Positions 1 to 12,000 of a DNA stretch of 64,000 bases are shown here, in pieces. The DNA is from Naegleria gruberi (Eukaryota). The DNA lies in the NCBI GenBank assembly GCA_000004985.1, contig GG738902.1; one strand, written 5' to 3'. Under the pieces are notes generated by a model. The model ran no database searches. It was given only the letters and a program-made list of their open reading frames with translations, and was not told the origin of the DNA. Both the position numbers and the translations under genes were made by a program. Numbering within the stretch: position 1 is the stretch's first letter; the number at the start of each line of letters is the position of its first letter.

Positions 1-984
1 TATGCCAAAACTGAAGTAATTAGTCCAGAGAAAGTGGACGAAAGAAAAGAAAGTTCTGTAATTGTGAAAGGAGCTTCGGGATACAAGTGTATTTTGCCAC
101 CAACCGAAACTAACAAGCAATTTTTCGCTGTTGGTGAGAATTATTATAGTGGCAGTTCGGAAATGTTGAAATTTATTTGTGAATATTTAAAGAGACGAAA
201 CTTGGTGCAAGAAATTATTCCAAAATCAAGAAAGATGATGAAGAGATTAATATACGAAACTCATTTGATGGAAATGGTGGGATTGAGAGATGCAGTGATG
301 AAAAGATATGCCAATTCCTTGATTGATAATCAGATATATTTTGGTGGACCACAAATCAAGAAAAATAGACGATTTGTTATTCGAATCGGATTAATTCGAA
401 AGGCAATTATCGAATATTGCAAAAGAAAACCGCCTTCTTTCATCAACAATTTGGATACACCACTCAGGGCTGCCTTATTTAATATTCGAAATGAATTAAG
501 AGGGGATGCACTTTTTCTATTTATCAATTTACACGATCAACAGATATTGAGAGAAATTTCTAGAGAAATTGTTTCGAATCTGCCACAATATCTTTCTAAT
601 ATTGGAAATTCTTCAGATCTTTCAAAAATGATGAAGGAGAAATTAGCAGAAACAGTTTACAAAATGTTACAACGATATGGAAACAAAGAAATTAGTACTA
701 CAATCTCTCTTGAACTGGTAGCCTCAGTATTATCAGAAAACAAAAAACTTTTCAATAACTATGAAAATTGTTTCACCAATCATTCAACCAGACCAATGCT
801 TGGATGTTTTGGATTTATCAAGAACATGCCAAAACCACTTTACAATGCAATGATTAAGAAATTATTTGAGAGAAGTGGTGAAATCCGGATCCTTTGCCAC
901 AATCACCAAATAAGTGCAAACGCGAAAGAAAAGTTTGAAAAAATGTTTTCATTAAGATTGGATCGATTTCTGAAGAAATTGTAA
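1..984 (+). CDS. Hypothetical protein, 5'-partial. The frame is open to the window start; the ORF track reports 34..984.
   Basis: The long ORF has no in-frame stop back to position 1, and its codon usage matches neighbouring genes. No recognisable domain is visible by eye. Confidence 0.4.
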   Translation, partial: YAKTEVISPEKVDERKESSVIVKGASGYKCILPPTETNKQFFAVGENYYSGSSEMLKFICEYLKRRNLVQEIIPKSRKMMKRLIYETHLMEMVGLRDAVMKRYANSLIDNQIYFGGPQIKKNRRFVIRIGLIRKAIIEYCKRKPPSFINNLDTPLRAALFNIRNELRGDALFLFINLHDQQILREISREIVSNLPQYLSNIGNSSDLSKMMKEKLAETVYKMLQRYGNKEISTTISLELVASVLSENKKLFNNYENCFTNHSTRPMLGCFGFIKNMPKPLYNAMIKKLFERSGEIRILCHNHQISANAKEKFEKMFSLRLDRFLKKL

Positions 985-1212
985 ACTAAAGTTTTTTTAA
1001 ACTATTCACAATAAAACTGATTCAATTGTAGCATTTGAACCAAATACAAGTAAAATGTTAGCTAACATTTGATAAGGTAGGTTCAATTGACTTTGAAACA
1101 TTTGACAGTGCTTCCTTTTCGAATATCAAACAAGCAAATTATTATCAAATCACAGAACTTCACAATATAGAGGATTTTGCTGTTAATAATCAAAATTTGT
1201 ATTGTACAATGG

Positions 1213-2049
1213 TTATTGAACAAATGGTTCAAAACCAAACTGAGTCATTCCCTTGTGCATAATATTTAATTCTATTGTCACCTCTCCTCCAACACTTTCA
1301 GTCCTGGTTACCTCTCTTCCTTCACCTTTACAAACCATTGTCGAGTCGAAATATTCTGGGGCCACTCCCTTTACGGAACCAATCCATTTCTGTATTAAGG
1401 ATGTACTTTGAGGTTTAAACAGTTTAACTTTCAGACTGTGTTTTCCAGCTCCGATTGGTACTTGACACCATCCATATCCGATAATCTTTTGCTTTCCAGT
1501 TCCTTCTTGAACAACAAGACACAACTTTGGCCATCCATAAGGATTTGTACTTCTAAAACAAATCTCCAGAGGGAAATTCCAAATATACTTTGAGTTGAAT
1601 CCTCTTGGCCTCATTGCAACCTGTGTCACACCACTTTCCAAGCTTACTCCTTCTCCAGTTGTTCTTGCAATTTCCCAATCTTGCCCATAAACAAATTGAA
1701 AACTACACGAAATATTCATATTGCCAGGAAATTCTGCATGACTTATTACACCATTCACAATCACATAAAACGATGAAGTGGCATTATTATTTTGAACTGA
1801 TGTATAATTATTATTCATGGTTGTATTATTGAGGGTGATATTTGTTGTATTCAAATTGATGCTATTCATCGGATCAAGATTATTTACACTTGTTGATAAA
1901 ATACTACTCGCTGAGGTTTCTATAATGTTGTTTGCTGCTTCAATATTTTCCGATATTATTGGCTGTTTATTTGGTCTGCCGAGCATACCTGCCGTACTTG
2001 GTCGTGAACTAACACCTGCTGGCTTTGAGCTTGATGGTCTATTGAGCAT
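1213..2049 (-). CDS. B9D1: B9 domain-containing protein 1 (B9D1, MKS/ciliary transition-zone module), with a roughly 100-aa Asn/Ser-rich N-terminal extension.
   Basis: ATG start at 2047-2049. The C-terminal 180 aa align by eye along the whole B9 domain of B9D1 (FVYGQDW, NFPLEICFRSTNPYGWPKL, GYGW..VP...GKH, KGEGREVTRTESVG). Confidence 0.8.
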   Translation of the reverse strand: MLNRPSSSKPAGVSSRPSTAGMLGRPNKQPIISENIEAANNIIETSASSILSTSVNNLDPMNSINLNTTNITLNNTTMNNNYTSVQNNNATSSFYVIVNGVISHAEFPGNMNISCSFQFVYGQDWEIARTTGEGVSLESGVTQVAMRPRGFNSKYIWNFPLEICFRSTNPYGWPKLCLVVQEGTGKQKIIGYGWCQVPIGAGKHSLKVKLFKPQSTSLIQKWIGSVKGVAPEYFDSTMVCKGEGREVTRTESVGGEVTIELNIMHKGMTQFGFEPFVQ

Positions 2050-2471
2050 TTTTTTTAAGGAATTGTTTGGATTTTGTGTAGATTTTTGGCGGGAAAGTCT
2101 AATAATACAACACTCCTCAAACGTTCTCAGATTCTAGTTTGAAGTAAATGGTTATACCTGTTTGTTTTACAGTCAGAAGATTGGATTGTTTGAGAATAGT
2201 TGGGAAACATTGGATTCCATCTGCTGTGAAAGATTCTATAAAAGAAATTAAAGTATATCTTTCAAAAGACGAAGTAACTATTTTAAGGGAAGGCGAGGTT
2301 TACCATTTGTCTAAATAATTATGACAAAGAATGTACGTTGGTTCATATGTACTAAAATGAGCATGCTTTGTGTTTTGAAAATTAGAACCAATTCCATCCA
2401 GTAAATAACAAGTTTGAAACTAAACATTGCAAACAGAGAAAAACAGTAAGGTTAATCCAAATCAAAAAAAA

Positions 2472-3842
2472 ATGTCCGAAAAACAACCTTCATCAAACTC
2501 TTCAAACAACAATAACACAAAGCATGATAGTAATAATAGTAATAATAATAACGACAATGGAATGACCAATAAGATTGGACATAAACAATTCATCTTGGAA
2601 AAACCCATCGATACAATATTTACAACAAGTAATTCTTCATCAAGAAGTTTCATAACACCACTAACACCAGAACAACAGGAAAGGTTGAAAATGATCGATC
2701 CAAAGCAGGCTATGATGTTGTATTTTGTTACAAGTACATTCTTTTCACGTCTGTTTGCTCATCCATTGGACAGAATTTCAACCATTCTCCGAACACAACA
2801 TGTTCTTCCAAATGCGTATGGTACAAGCTTTTATACAAATTTGCCAACAGCAGTATCTTCATCATTGGTACAACCACAGCAACAGGCTCCTTTTAGAGGT
2901 GCCATTGATGCTTTGAAAAAACTTCCAAAGGATAGAACATTGTGGAGAGGATTGGCTCCCGATGTTTATGGGTAGGTTCCATATAAACTATGGATTTTAA
3001 TATTTGGATTAACATTTGGAAATTGGATTTTTATTAATCTGGAAATTTATTATTATGGATTTTTTAATATTTAATTAAATCAATTTGGATTTATTAATAT
3101 TTCGGAAAGTCGCTTATGTGCAAAAGTAGTGGAATTACAATTTGCAGATGAAATTAACAACTTTATTCAACCTTGGATGGGAACTCTTGTAGAACAAGAT
3201 CCAAACGATCCAAGAAAGAAACTTTTAAATACAAAGGTGTTGGCTACCTCTGTAATATCTGGTGCTGTTGCATCCTTCCTTATTTCTTATCCATTCAGTG
3301 TTGTTTCAACAAGAATGCAATCCAATTTAATTCCACTCCATGAAGTGAAATATAATATGGATTGGCAAATGGTGAACAAGACCAACTTTTCCAATGTATG
3401 GCAATCATTTAAATCAATCTATCAATTTGAAGGAATAAGAGGATTCTATACTGGTTTATCAGCTGCTGTATCTGGTCTTGCTGTTTATAGAGGCATCTAT
3501 TTTGCCTTATTCGATTCATTGAGACGATTGGGAATGAGTGACAATTATTCATTGAGTGAGAAATTCTTATATAGTCAAGGTTGTATATTCACTGCTGGTC
3601 TCAGTGCTTATCCTTTCCGTCTCATTGGTGATCGATTGAAAGCTCAAGCTGTCTTTAGAAAATTATACACGGAGGAGGAAACTCAGCTATTCTATAGAGG
3701 AACTTTGGATGCCATGAAAAAGATTTACCAACAAGAGGGAATTAGAGGATATTACAGAGGATTTGTTTTTTCATTGGGCACAAGTTATGCAGGTGCCATC
3801 TTACTAAGCATGTTTGTTGCCCTTGGATCGAGACAATTTTAA
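2472..3842 (+). CDS. Mitochondrial carrier family (SLC25) protein with an Asn/Ser-rich N-terminus. Two exons: 2472..2971 and 3110..3842, with a 138-nt phase-2 GT-AG intron at 2972..3109.
   Basis: The first ATG with an A-rich context is at 2472 (the ORF-track start at 2427 is TTG). Three carrier repeat signatures are present: HPLDRISTILRTQ, YPFSVVSTRMQ and YPFRLIGDRLKAQ. GIRGFYTGLSAAVSGLAVYRGIYFALFD and GIRGYYRGFVFSLGTSYAGAILLSMF are typical odd-helix motifs. Joining the donor GTAGGT (2972) to the acceptor AG (3108-3109) gives WRGLAPDVYGRLCAKVVELQFADE, which fits the carrier consensus after the WRG motif. Confidence 0.7.
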
Positions 3843-3988
3843 CTGTCACCCTTTAGCAAATGTTCCACAAGATCAGTAGATAAATAATAATTAATTGTAC
3901 AAAACAAATTTCATGAATGGATCAACAACAATAACAGTACTGATTAAAATAGTATTAAGGTTAGCAAAAATTTTATTGAGGGAATAAC

Positions 3989-4870
3989 TTATTCAGTCTT
4001 CTTTACATCAGTCTTCTTCCTCTTATAACTTTGAATATAAAAGTTCAAGAACAAGGCCAAGAAGGCAGCAACAGTCAAGTCAACCAAGAAGAATGGATAA
4101 TAATTACCAGCACAAGTTTGGTTATCTCCATACTTGAACCACAACCAAACCTTTGGAACAACCAAATCAAAAACAAATTGAATAATTTGCATTCTGGTAA
4201 TCCATGGCTTGATAACATTCAAACAACCTGGAGTAAAGATTGGAGAATTCTTAACAGTACAAACATAAAAGTAGAAATACATGATAACGTGAACACCAGC
4301 ATTCAAAGTTGAAGGGAACCACATCATTTGTGACTTTTCCAAAATGACATACCAACACAATAATAAGGTAATCATGTGATGGAAGGTATGCAAGAAAGTC
4401 AAACTCTTACACTTGATCATTAAAAAGACAGTATCTAACAATTCATAATATTTGGACAAGTAGAAAATGTACAACCAGAAAGGAACTGCACCCTTTCCCA
4501 TTCTATTAGGAACATCACAAGTTAAGGCAGAGAGTTTTTCCATAAAGCTAGCTTCTGGAATTTCATTAACAACTTCAACAGCTTCACCAACAAATCCCAA
4601 AACCATGATCAAACTCAACACACTGAGGAAAATATTGTGGAATTTAATGAACATTTCCAAGAGTGGATGTTTCATTGGTGTATTATTTCTAACCTTTTTC
4701 ATATACAGTGGAAGTAAATAAAGAGACAATCCATAACCAACAACAGCTGTTGCTGGATAGATCCAGTGAGATATTGGTGCTTCATTGTAAATGTACTTGA
4801 AATCGTGAATGTACTGGGACATTCCTTCACCATTAGGAATGAATTGTAAAAGTCTATCGATGAACACCAT
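3989..4870 (-). CDS. ELO-family fatty acid elongase (3-keto-acyl-CoA synthase) with a C-terminal di-lysine KKTE.
   Basis: All four ELO motifs are present: KYYELLDTV (KxxExxDT), HTFHHM (HxxHH), HVIMYFYFY (HxxMYxYY) and TRMQIIQFV (TxxQxxQ). There are multiple TM helices. The ORF-track start at 4975 is TTG; the first ATG is at 4868-4870 (MVFIDRL...). Confidence 0.85.
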   Translation of the reverse strand: MVFIDRLLQFIPNGEGMSQYIHDFKYIYNEAPISHWIYPATAVVGYGLSLYLLPLYMKKVRNNTPMKHPLLEMFIKFHNIFLSVLSLIMVLGFVGEAVEVVNEIPEASFMEKLSALTCDVPNRMGKGAVPFWLYIFYLSKYYELLDTVFLMIKCKSLTFLHTFHHMITLLLCWYVILEKSQMMWFPSTLNAGVHVIMYFYFYVCTVKNSPIFTPGCLNVIKPWITRMQIIQFVFDLVVPKVWLWFKYGDNQTCAGNYYPFFLVDLTVAAFLALFLNFYIQSYKRKKTDVKKTE

Positions 4871-6028
4871 ACTGATTCGAGATGATGATGAATATAAGAG
4901 TGGGTGTTGAGTGTGTTGGTTTTTTTCAAAAGTTTGAGCATACAGTCTTTGCACCAACCAGCCTTTATGGTTCAAACAACAACAAGATCATCTTCACAGC
5001 CTCATTGGAAATTTTCAATAATTGAAACATCATCAACAAGGTGATGCTTGAAGCTGTTGTTTTTTGATTTTTACTCCAACAACGGATCCTACAAATTGAA
5101 AAGTCCAAAATTGTGCGGTATGAAGCAATTTGTGTTATTAGGAAGTAAATAATATTGATAAGGTGGACGAGAATGGTGGAGGATCATTGATTGAGGATTA
5201 TATGATGATTATTTTAATAATTAATATTGATCATCTTGTGTTGAATATTAATGTCGATTTTGTTGAGGTCTGAAGCCTAATTGAACCGTAATTAAAATGG
5301 ATGTTCACCACGCCTGTTGCCGATCCGATTTGTAATACTAGACAAACTCTTATTAAATAAATAGGCATGACCATCATCAATGCACAATAATAATTTAATA
5401 TACGATCGTCATGATGATGATGATGCAACTTTAACGTTGATGATGATGAGCATGGAAGGATGAAAGTTCTCCTGACGCGTGAATTTCAAAATGTGTATTT
5501 ACTTTTGAAACTTCGTTAATAATAATAACAGAGAATTAAATAGTGGAATATCAACGGTACTATTATAATCTGTTATTGATAATTTATTGTAAGGAAATTG
5601 AATTCAAATTGTAAGGTGGAGCAAATTTTCACACAGTACCAACTTGCTTCCATTATCGGTCTATTTTGATTTTGTCCGTTAGAGTGAAATTCCACCATTT
5701 GGAAAATTTTATTATTTGGGATTGTGAAATTTGACAGTGGTCACAGACCTTTTTTGTGGTTGTATAATAACTAGTAATTTACAGTAATGATAAGGTTGTT
5801 TGACTTTGAGGTGGAGTAAGGATGTCCTTCATGAGTGTCCTTACTTGTCGAACAAGGCATTTCGGTCACAAATGATTTTCAATACCAAGACTGCAAATAT
5901 TACTTGTGAAAATAAGAAAAGGTGATAGATGTGTTTAGCCTAAAGGTTTAGGTCTGAAAACAGATTAGGATAATTTTCTTCAATTCGAATTAAAAAAATA
6001 CCATTGAGATTGACCATCAAACGTCAAT

Positions 6029-7348
6029 ATGACTGAACAACAAACAGTGTTAATTGATGATCTTCAATTAATTTCAAATCAATTTCCATGTGGTGATATT
6101 CTTTGGGAAATTTTATCATTTTGTAATGATTTTACATTTATTGTAATGAATTGTGCACTAGTTTCCAAACAGTGGTACCATGTCATTTTGGAAAGATGTA
6201 AACTCTCATTAACCTGCAATTCGGATCAGAAATTGAAGGGAAAATTTCTTGAAAGAGTTTCAAATTTCACAGTTAAAAAGAATGAAGAAGGAAATTTGTT
6301 TAATTGTCAAATTTTTGAATGTTTGAAGAATTTGACAAGAATTGATATCAGTGATAATGAAATTAGCGATGAAAGGGTTAAGCATTTTGGTAATTTGACT
6401 CATTTGACAAATCTTGTAATTAATTGTAACGACATTGGTGTAGAGGGAGCTAAATGTCTTTGTCAACTGAATCAATTAACAAGGCTTAATATTGGAAACA
6501 ACAGTCTTGAGACTGAAGGTGCTAAATACATTAGTGAACTGAAGAATTTGACCAAACTTGATATCGCTCGCAACTGTATTGGTGATAGAGGTGCTCAATT
6601 TATTACTGAAATGAAACAACTGACTTCTCTAAACCTTAACAGGAATGGAATTGAATATTTAGGAGCAAAATTTATTAGTGAAATGTATCAATTAACGAGT
6701 CTTGATATCAGTAACAATGACATTGGTTCTGAAGGAGCTAAACAAATTAGCAAACTCGACCAATTGACCAAACTATATATTTACGATAATAATATTGGTG
6801 ATGAAGGAGCTATGCACATTAGCGAAATGAAACAACTAACTAATCTCGATATTAGCAGGAATGATATTGACTCAGAAGGTGCCAAATCCATATGTGAACT
6901 CTATCAATTAACAAATCTCAATATTTGTTCGAATTACATTGGTGAAACAGGTGCCAAGCATATCAGTGAAATGAATAATTTGACCATTCTTGAAATTGGC
7001 AGTAATGAAATTGGATCTGAAGGAGCGTATCATATCAGCAGAATGCACCAATTGACTAGGCTCATGATTTTTGCTAATGATATTGGAGAAAAAGGGGCCA
7101 AACATGTTTCTGAGATGAAACAATTAACTAAACTCGATATTTATGATAATAATATTGGTGATGAGGGAACTATACACATTAGCGAAATGAAACAATTAAC
7201 CTACCTCGATGTTTCAGCCAATAATATTGGTCACGAAGGTGCTGAATATATTAGGAAATTGAATCGATTGACATTTCTTAATGTTCACTATAATTCATTC
7301 AGTGATAGTGAATCAGAACTTATAGAAAAGGAGTTAATGAAGGATTAA
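6029..7348 (+). CDS. F-box / RNI-like leucine-rich-repeat protein (about 13 repeats of 24 aa).
   Basis: The N-terminus is F-box-like (DILWEILSFCNDFTFIVMNCALVSKQWYHVI). It is followed by regular repeats of the form L(T)xLxIxxNxIGxEGAKxISEMKQ. Confidence 0.75.
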   Translation: MTEQQTVLIDDLQLISNQFPCGDILWEILSFCNDFTFIVMNCALVSKQWYHVILERCKLSLTCNSDQKLKGKFLERVSNFTVKKNEEGNLFNCQIFECLKNLTRIDISDNEISDERVKHFGNLTHLTNLVINCNDIGVEGAKCLCQLNQLTRLNIGNNSLETEGAKYISELKNLTKLDIARNCIGDRGAQFITEMKQLTSLNLNRNGIEYLGAKFISEMYQLTSLDISNNDIGSEGAKQISKLDQLTKLYIYDNNIGDEGAMHISEMKQLTNLDISRNDIDSEGAKSICELYQLTNLNICSNYIGETGAKHISEMNNLTILEIGSNEIGSEGAYHISRMHQLTRLMIFANDIGEKGAKHVSEMKQLTKLDIYDNNIGDEGTIHISEMKQLTYLDVSANNIGHEGAEYIRKLNRLTFLNVHYNSFSDSESELIEKELMKD

Positions 7349-7564
7349 CATGAATAAAAATTACTAATCTTAATTATTTACGGTAATATTGAACAAAGAT
7401 TGTAAAAGTGTTGTTTAATGTAATTGGAAGGAATGTGGAATTTGAGACGGATTAAGGATAACACCCAAGTCGAAAGTGGTCGCATTCTTTTCCTTTCACT
7501 GAAATTCTTGTTGTCAACTTTTACTGACAAGTGACAGCAACATAATTAAAAAAAATAGCAATAA

Positions 7565-8647
7565 ATGAACAATTACGATGTAAGTTTCGTCTACCAACCA
7601 TCTCATCATCCAACATGATTTCATCATCTCATCCACAGTTCGATTCCATCAACAAGGAAAGCAAAAAACAAGTGTAAGTTCAAATTTGAATCACAAGTCC
7701 AATATAATGTTGAAATAATATTCACAAACAGTGCTTGTCGTATCGTTGTCGGTGTTTGCATCCTTGGTTGCTGTATCTTTGCTGTCATTGCTGCTGTCGT
7801 CTTGGCTGCAGTCTTCTTCCCAAGAAGTCCAAATATTGTTAGTCAGTATGTATATATATATTAGAATCATTCATCATTCTCATCATCATATTTTGTTGTT
7901 GATTGGAATATCATCATCTTTATCGGAATGATATTAGACAATTGTATTTTACTCAATTTTCAGTGGATTTTTGTCCTGCTCAAAGTAAGAGCAATAATTC
8001 GGCATGTTGTGTTGGAAGTTCGTGTACCTTTTCCTATAATAATGCAACATTGGGTATTGCTTCGTATTTTGTGGTGCGAGCTACGAATGGTAACTTGTTT
8101 AATATATCATTGAATGCGTAGGTTTTATGATAATTTGATGATGAAATATTAATTCTTGATGGATGATGATGGTGTGGATTTTATGTATTGATGTGATAAT
8201 TGATGATTTTAGAGTCAAGATTGAAATCATGTATGGATCGGAAGTGATCGGTTCGAGTGCTTCGGAGAGTTATCCTGTTGGTCCACAAACTACTCAAGGT
8301 TTGTACTCATTGAAAATTACTTTATTCCTTAATTAATTAATTAATTCAATTTAAATTTAATAATTTTATTTGAAAATACAAATAATAATGTGGAATGAAA
8401 TGTAGATGTTAATGTACCAATTATATGGAAATCTTCTCTGAGTAGTAATGTAATGAAATCAATCATGTGCCAACTCACAGGTAATAACAATGCCTTACCT
8501 TATACATTCACGTTAAGTATGGGTTCAGTGACTTACTTCCTCAATACATTTGCATTCTCAAGTCAAACAGCAAGTCTTCAAGCTTCCATAGATGTTTGCT
8601 CATCCAATTGTAAAGTACAATACTACTCTTCAATGTGTCCAACCTAA
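7565..8647 (+). CDS. Six-exon gene for a type-II single-pass membrane protein with a LEA_2 / NDR1-HIN1-like (WHy) ectodomain (tentative). Exons: 7565..7579, 7639..7673, 7732..7841, 7964..8117, 8210..8306 and 8409..8647.
   Basis: All five introns are GT..AG: GTAAGT at 7580, GTAAGT at 7674, GTCAGT at 7842, GTAGGT at 8118 and GTTTGT at 8307. The exon phases chain without stops to give MNNYD-FDSINKESKKQ-V-ACRIVVGVCILGCCIFAVIAAVVLAAVFFPRSPNIV-MDFCPAQ...LNA-AVKIEIMYGSEVIG...-DVNVPIIW...SSMCPT*. A TM helix followed by FFPRSPNIVMD resembles the LEA_2 start (FRPKDPSFSVD). The 15-nt first exon is followed directly by GTAAGT. Confidence 0.45.
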
Positions 8648-9065
8648 TGATATAGTCATTCACATGTGGACATGAAATTTAATAAAAATTCAAGAAAACA
8701 ATCTTTTTCTCAATGTTGGAATACATGAAAATTAAGAACTTGTAAGTCCCAATTAATGTAAATTCCTTGTCTGATTTGGCGAGATATGTTACAATGGAAA
8801 AATTCATTAAAATTCATCTGCGTCTCACTTTACTGGTCAGAACTTCTCCCGCCAAATCGTAAACGAGTAACCAATCATAACTGTTACGCTTGAAAAATTT
8901 ACTTTAGAAAAAAAAAACTCAATTCTCTCCCCTCTACACTCTTTCAGTTGTTGTTGCAACAAATTTTTATCGTAGTGAGGGTTTTTATATATTTTGTATA
9001 GTTCATCATCCAAATCCAAATCATCATCAACCACCTTACTTACTATATTATTTATTAAATCGAGA

Positions 9066-12000
9066 ATGGGTTGCGGAAATTCAAAATCAACACTCGGTGT
9101 AGTTGAGACCGTCGAAGAAAAACCAAAACAACAAGCCACTGTCAATAACACCACTAATACTACCACTGCTGTCATGACAGGAACACTTGAACCAGAGGCA
9201 CCAAAGAAGAAGGATGGTTTCTGTTACTTCTTTGGTCTTGACAGTCAAACTAAGGAAAACCTCACTGAAGGGAATAAGGATATGAAGGAACTACTTGGAG
9301 GAAAAGGTGCTAACTTGTGCGAAATGTGCAATTTAGGTATTAATGTTCCTCCTGGATTTACTGTTTCTACAGAAGCCTGTGAACACTTTAGCCAGCTTCA
9401 TAACCTTGCTACTTCAGCAGGAGAAGAAGGAGCTGAAAAAAAGAATCTCACTTTACCAGAAAACATTCAAACACAAGTCGACGAATATCTCAAAAAATTG
9501 GAACAAGCAACTGGAAAGAAATTTACCGATTCATATGAAAATGATACAGATAAGGTTCTCTTAATTTCTGTGAGATCAGGAGCTGCCATTTCAATGCCTG
9601 GAATGATGGACACTATTCTTAACCTTGGTATTTGTGACAAGAATATTACTCAACTCGTTAAAAACTTTGGTGGAAATGAAAAATTCGCTTGGGATTCATA
9701 TCGTAGTCTCGTTCAAATGTTCGGTGAAGTTGTCATGTCAGTCAAGCCAGAACATTTCGAAGACAATATCAAAAAGCAAAAGGAAAAGAGAGGTATTACT
9801 CATGATTCTGAATTGAATTTGGAAGAAATTCAACAAATCGTTCAAGATCACAAACTTACTATTTTCGAACAAACTGGAGGTGAAGACTTCCCACAAGATG
9901 TTCGTCAACAATTGTACAGAGCTATTATTGCTGTCTTTAACTCATGGCACAATAAGCGTGCTGTGCAATATAGAAAGATTCACAACATTACTGGTCTTAA
10001 GGGAACTGCTGTAAATATTCAATCCATGGTCTTTGGTAATGTTGATGAACGTTCATGTTCTGGTGTCTGTTTCAGTAGAAATCCTTCAACAGGTGAAAAT
10101 CTATTCTATGGTGAATATATGATTCAAGCACAAGGTGAAGCTATTGTTGCTGGTCAAAGAACTCCAGAAAAGATTGAAACCTTGGCTACTAACTTCCCAG
10201 AATGTAACACTAGTTTGAAGGAAATCAGTACCAAATTGGAAAAGCACTTTAAGGATGTCCAAGATATGGAATTCACAATTGAACAAAATACTCTCTATAT
10301 GTTGCAATGCAGAAATGGTAAAAAGACAATTCAAGCTTCTCTCAAGATTTACTGTGACATGATAGATGAAGGTCTTATCAATGAAAGAGAAGCCATCTCA
10401 AAGATTGATGCTACTCAACTCAACCAAATGCTCCATCCATTCTTGGATGATTCTGAAAAGGCTCATCACGAACCTTTGGCAACTGGTTTACCAGCAAGTC
10501 CTGGTGCTGTAGTTGGTAGAATTGCTTTCACCAGTGAACAAGCCATTAAAATGTCTGAAACCAGAAAGGAAGATGGTGATGTCATCTTGGTCAGAGAACA
10601 AACAAGCACTGAAGATTTGGCTGGTATGCATGCTTCTCAAGGTTTCTTGACTACTAATGGTGGTCTTACTTCTCATGCTGCTGTTGTTTCTCGTCAACAA
10701 GGTAAATGCTGTGTAAGTGGATGTAGCTTGCTTTATGTCACTAGTGAAGAATCTTGTACAATTAATGGAACCCTCTTTAATCAAGGTGATATTATTACTA
10801 TTGATGGTTCAACTGGTAATGTCTACGGTAAGGCTCTCAAGACAACTAGACCAGGTATTTCTCAACCTGACTTTGTCAGAATTATGGATATTGAAAAGAA
10901 GTACAGAACTATGAGTGTCTATGCTAACGCTGATACATCTGTCGATGCTCATAAGGCTGTTGAATTCGGTGCTGAAGGTATTGGATTGTGTAGAACTGAG
11001 CACATGTTCTTTGAAAAGACAAGAATAGTTGACATGAGAAGAATGATTGTTGCCTCCACCACAGAAAAGAGACAAGAAGCTATTAATGTTCTCAAAGATT
11101 ATCAACGTTCTGATTTCCTTTCCCTCTTCCATGCTATGGAAGGAAAGAAGGTCACTATTAGATTGTTAGATCCTCCACTTCACGAATTTTTACCAGAAGA
11201 TCCACAAGAAATTGAAGAATTGGCTTTGGCTCTTGGTGAATCTGTTAAGGATGTTACCCTTACTGTCTCTCAACTCAAGGAAAAGAATCCAATGTTGGGT
11301 CATCGTGGTTGTAGATTGGGTATTACCTTCCCCGAGATTACTCAAATGCAAGTTGAAGCCATTTTTGAAGCTGCTATTGATGCTACTCATAAGGGCGAAG
11401 TTGTTGTTGATATTATGGTTCCATTAGTTCAATCTGTTCAAGAACTTGTCAACCAAAAGGAAATTATTGAAAAAGTTGCTTCATCATTGTTTGCCAAGCA
11501 TGAAGACAGAAAATATCTCATTCATTACAGAGTTGGTTGTATGATTGAAACTCCAAGAGCTGTTTTGATGGCTAAAGAACTTGCTGGTGTTGCTGATTTC
11601 TTCAGTATTGGAAGTAATGACTTGACTCAAATGACCTTTGGTTTCAGTAGAGACGACAGTGGTAAATTCCTTAAATATTATCTCGAACGTGACTTGATTG
11701 AAAATGATCCATTCGAAGTTTTGGATACAGAAGGTGTTGGAAAGATTATTCAACTCACTGTCCAAACTGGTAGAGAAGCAAAGAATGGTTTGACTGTTGG
11801 TTTGTGCGGTGAACATGGTGGTGAATCTCACTCTGTTAAATTCTTGTACCAATGCGGTCTTTCATATGTCAGTTGTTCACCTTATAGAATTCCAATCGCT
11901 AGACTTTCTGCTGCTCAAGAATCTGTCAAGAATTGGAGAAATGTTATTTGTGTTAATGGTGGTCCAGGATCAGGAAAGGGCACACAATGTGCCAAACTTG

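Noticed and set aside
2427-3842. Two separate genes for ORFs 2427..2975 and 3129..3842.
   Set aside because: Both are in the same frame. Carrier repeat 1 is in the first ORF and repeats 2-3 in the second. A 138-nt GT-AG intron joins them into one canonical three-repeat mitochondrial carrier.
5231-5428. ORF beginning MHHHHHDD.
   Set aside because: The His run comes from a catcatcat tract in AT-rich intergenic DNA. There is no start context or domain.
8837-9175. 112-aa minus-strand ORF overlapping the PPDK start.
   Set aside because: It is antisense to the well-supported PPDK 5' region and promoter, has no domain, and is typical of a spurious ORF in low-complexity sequence.
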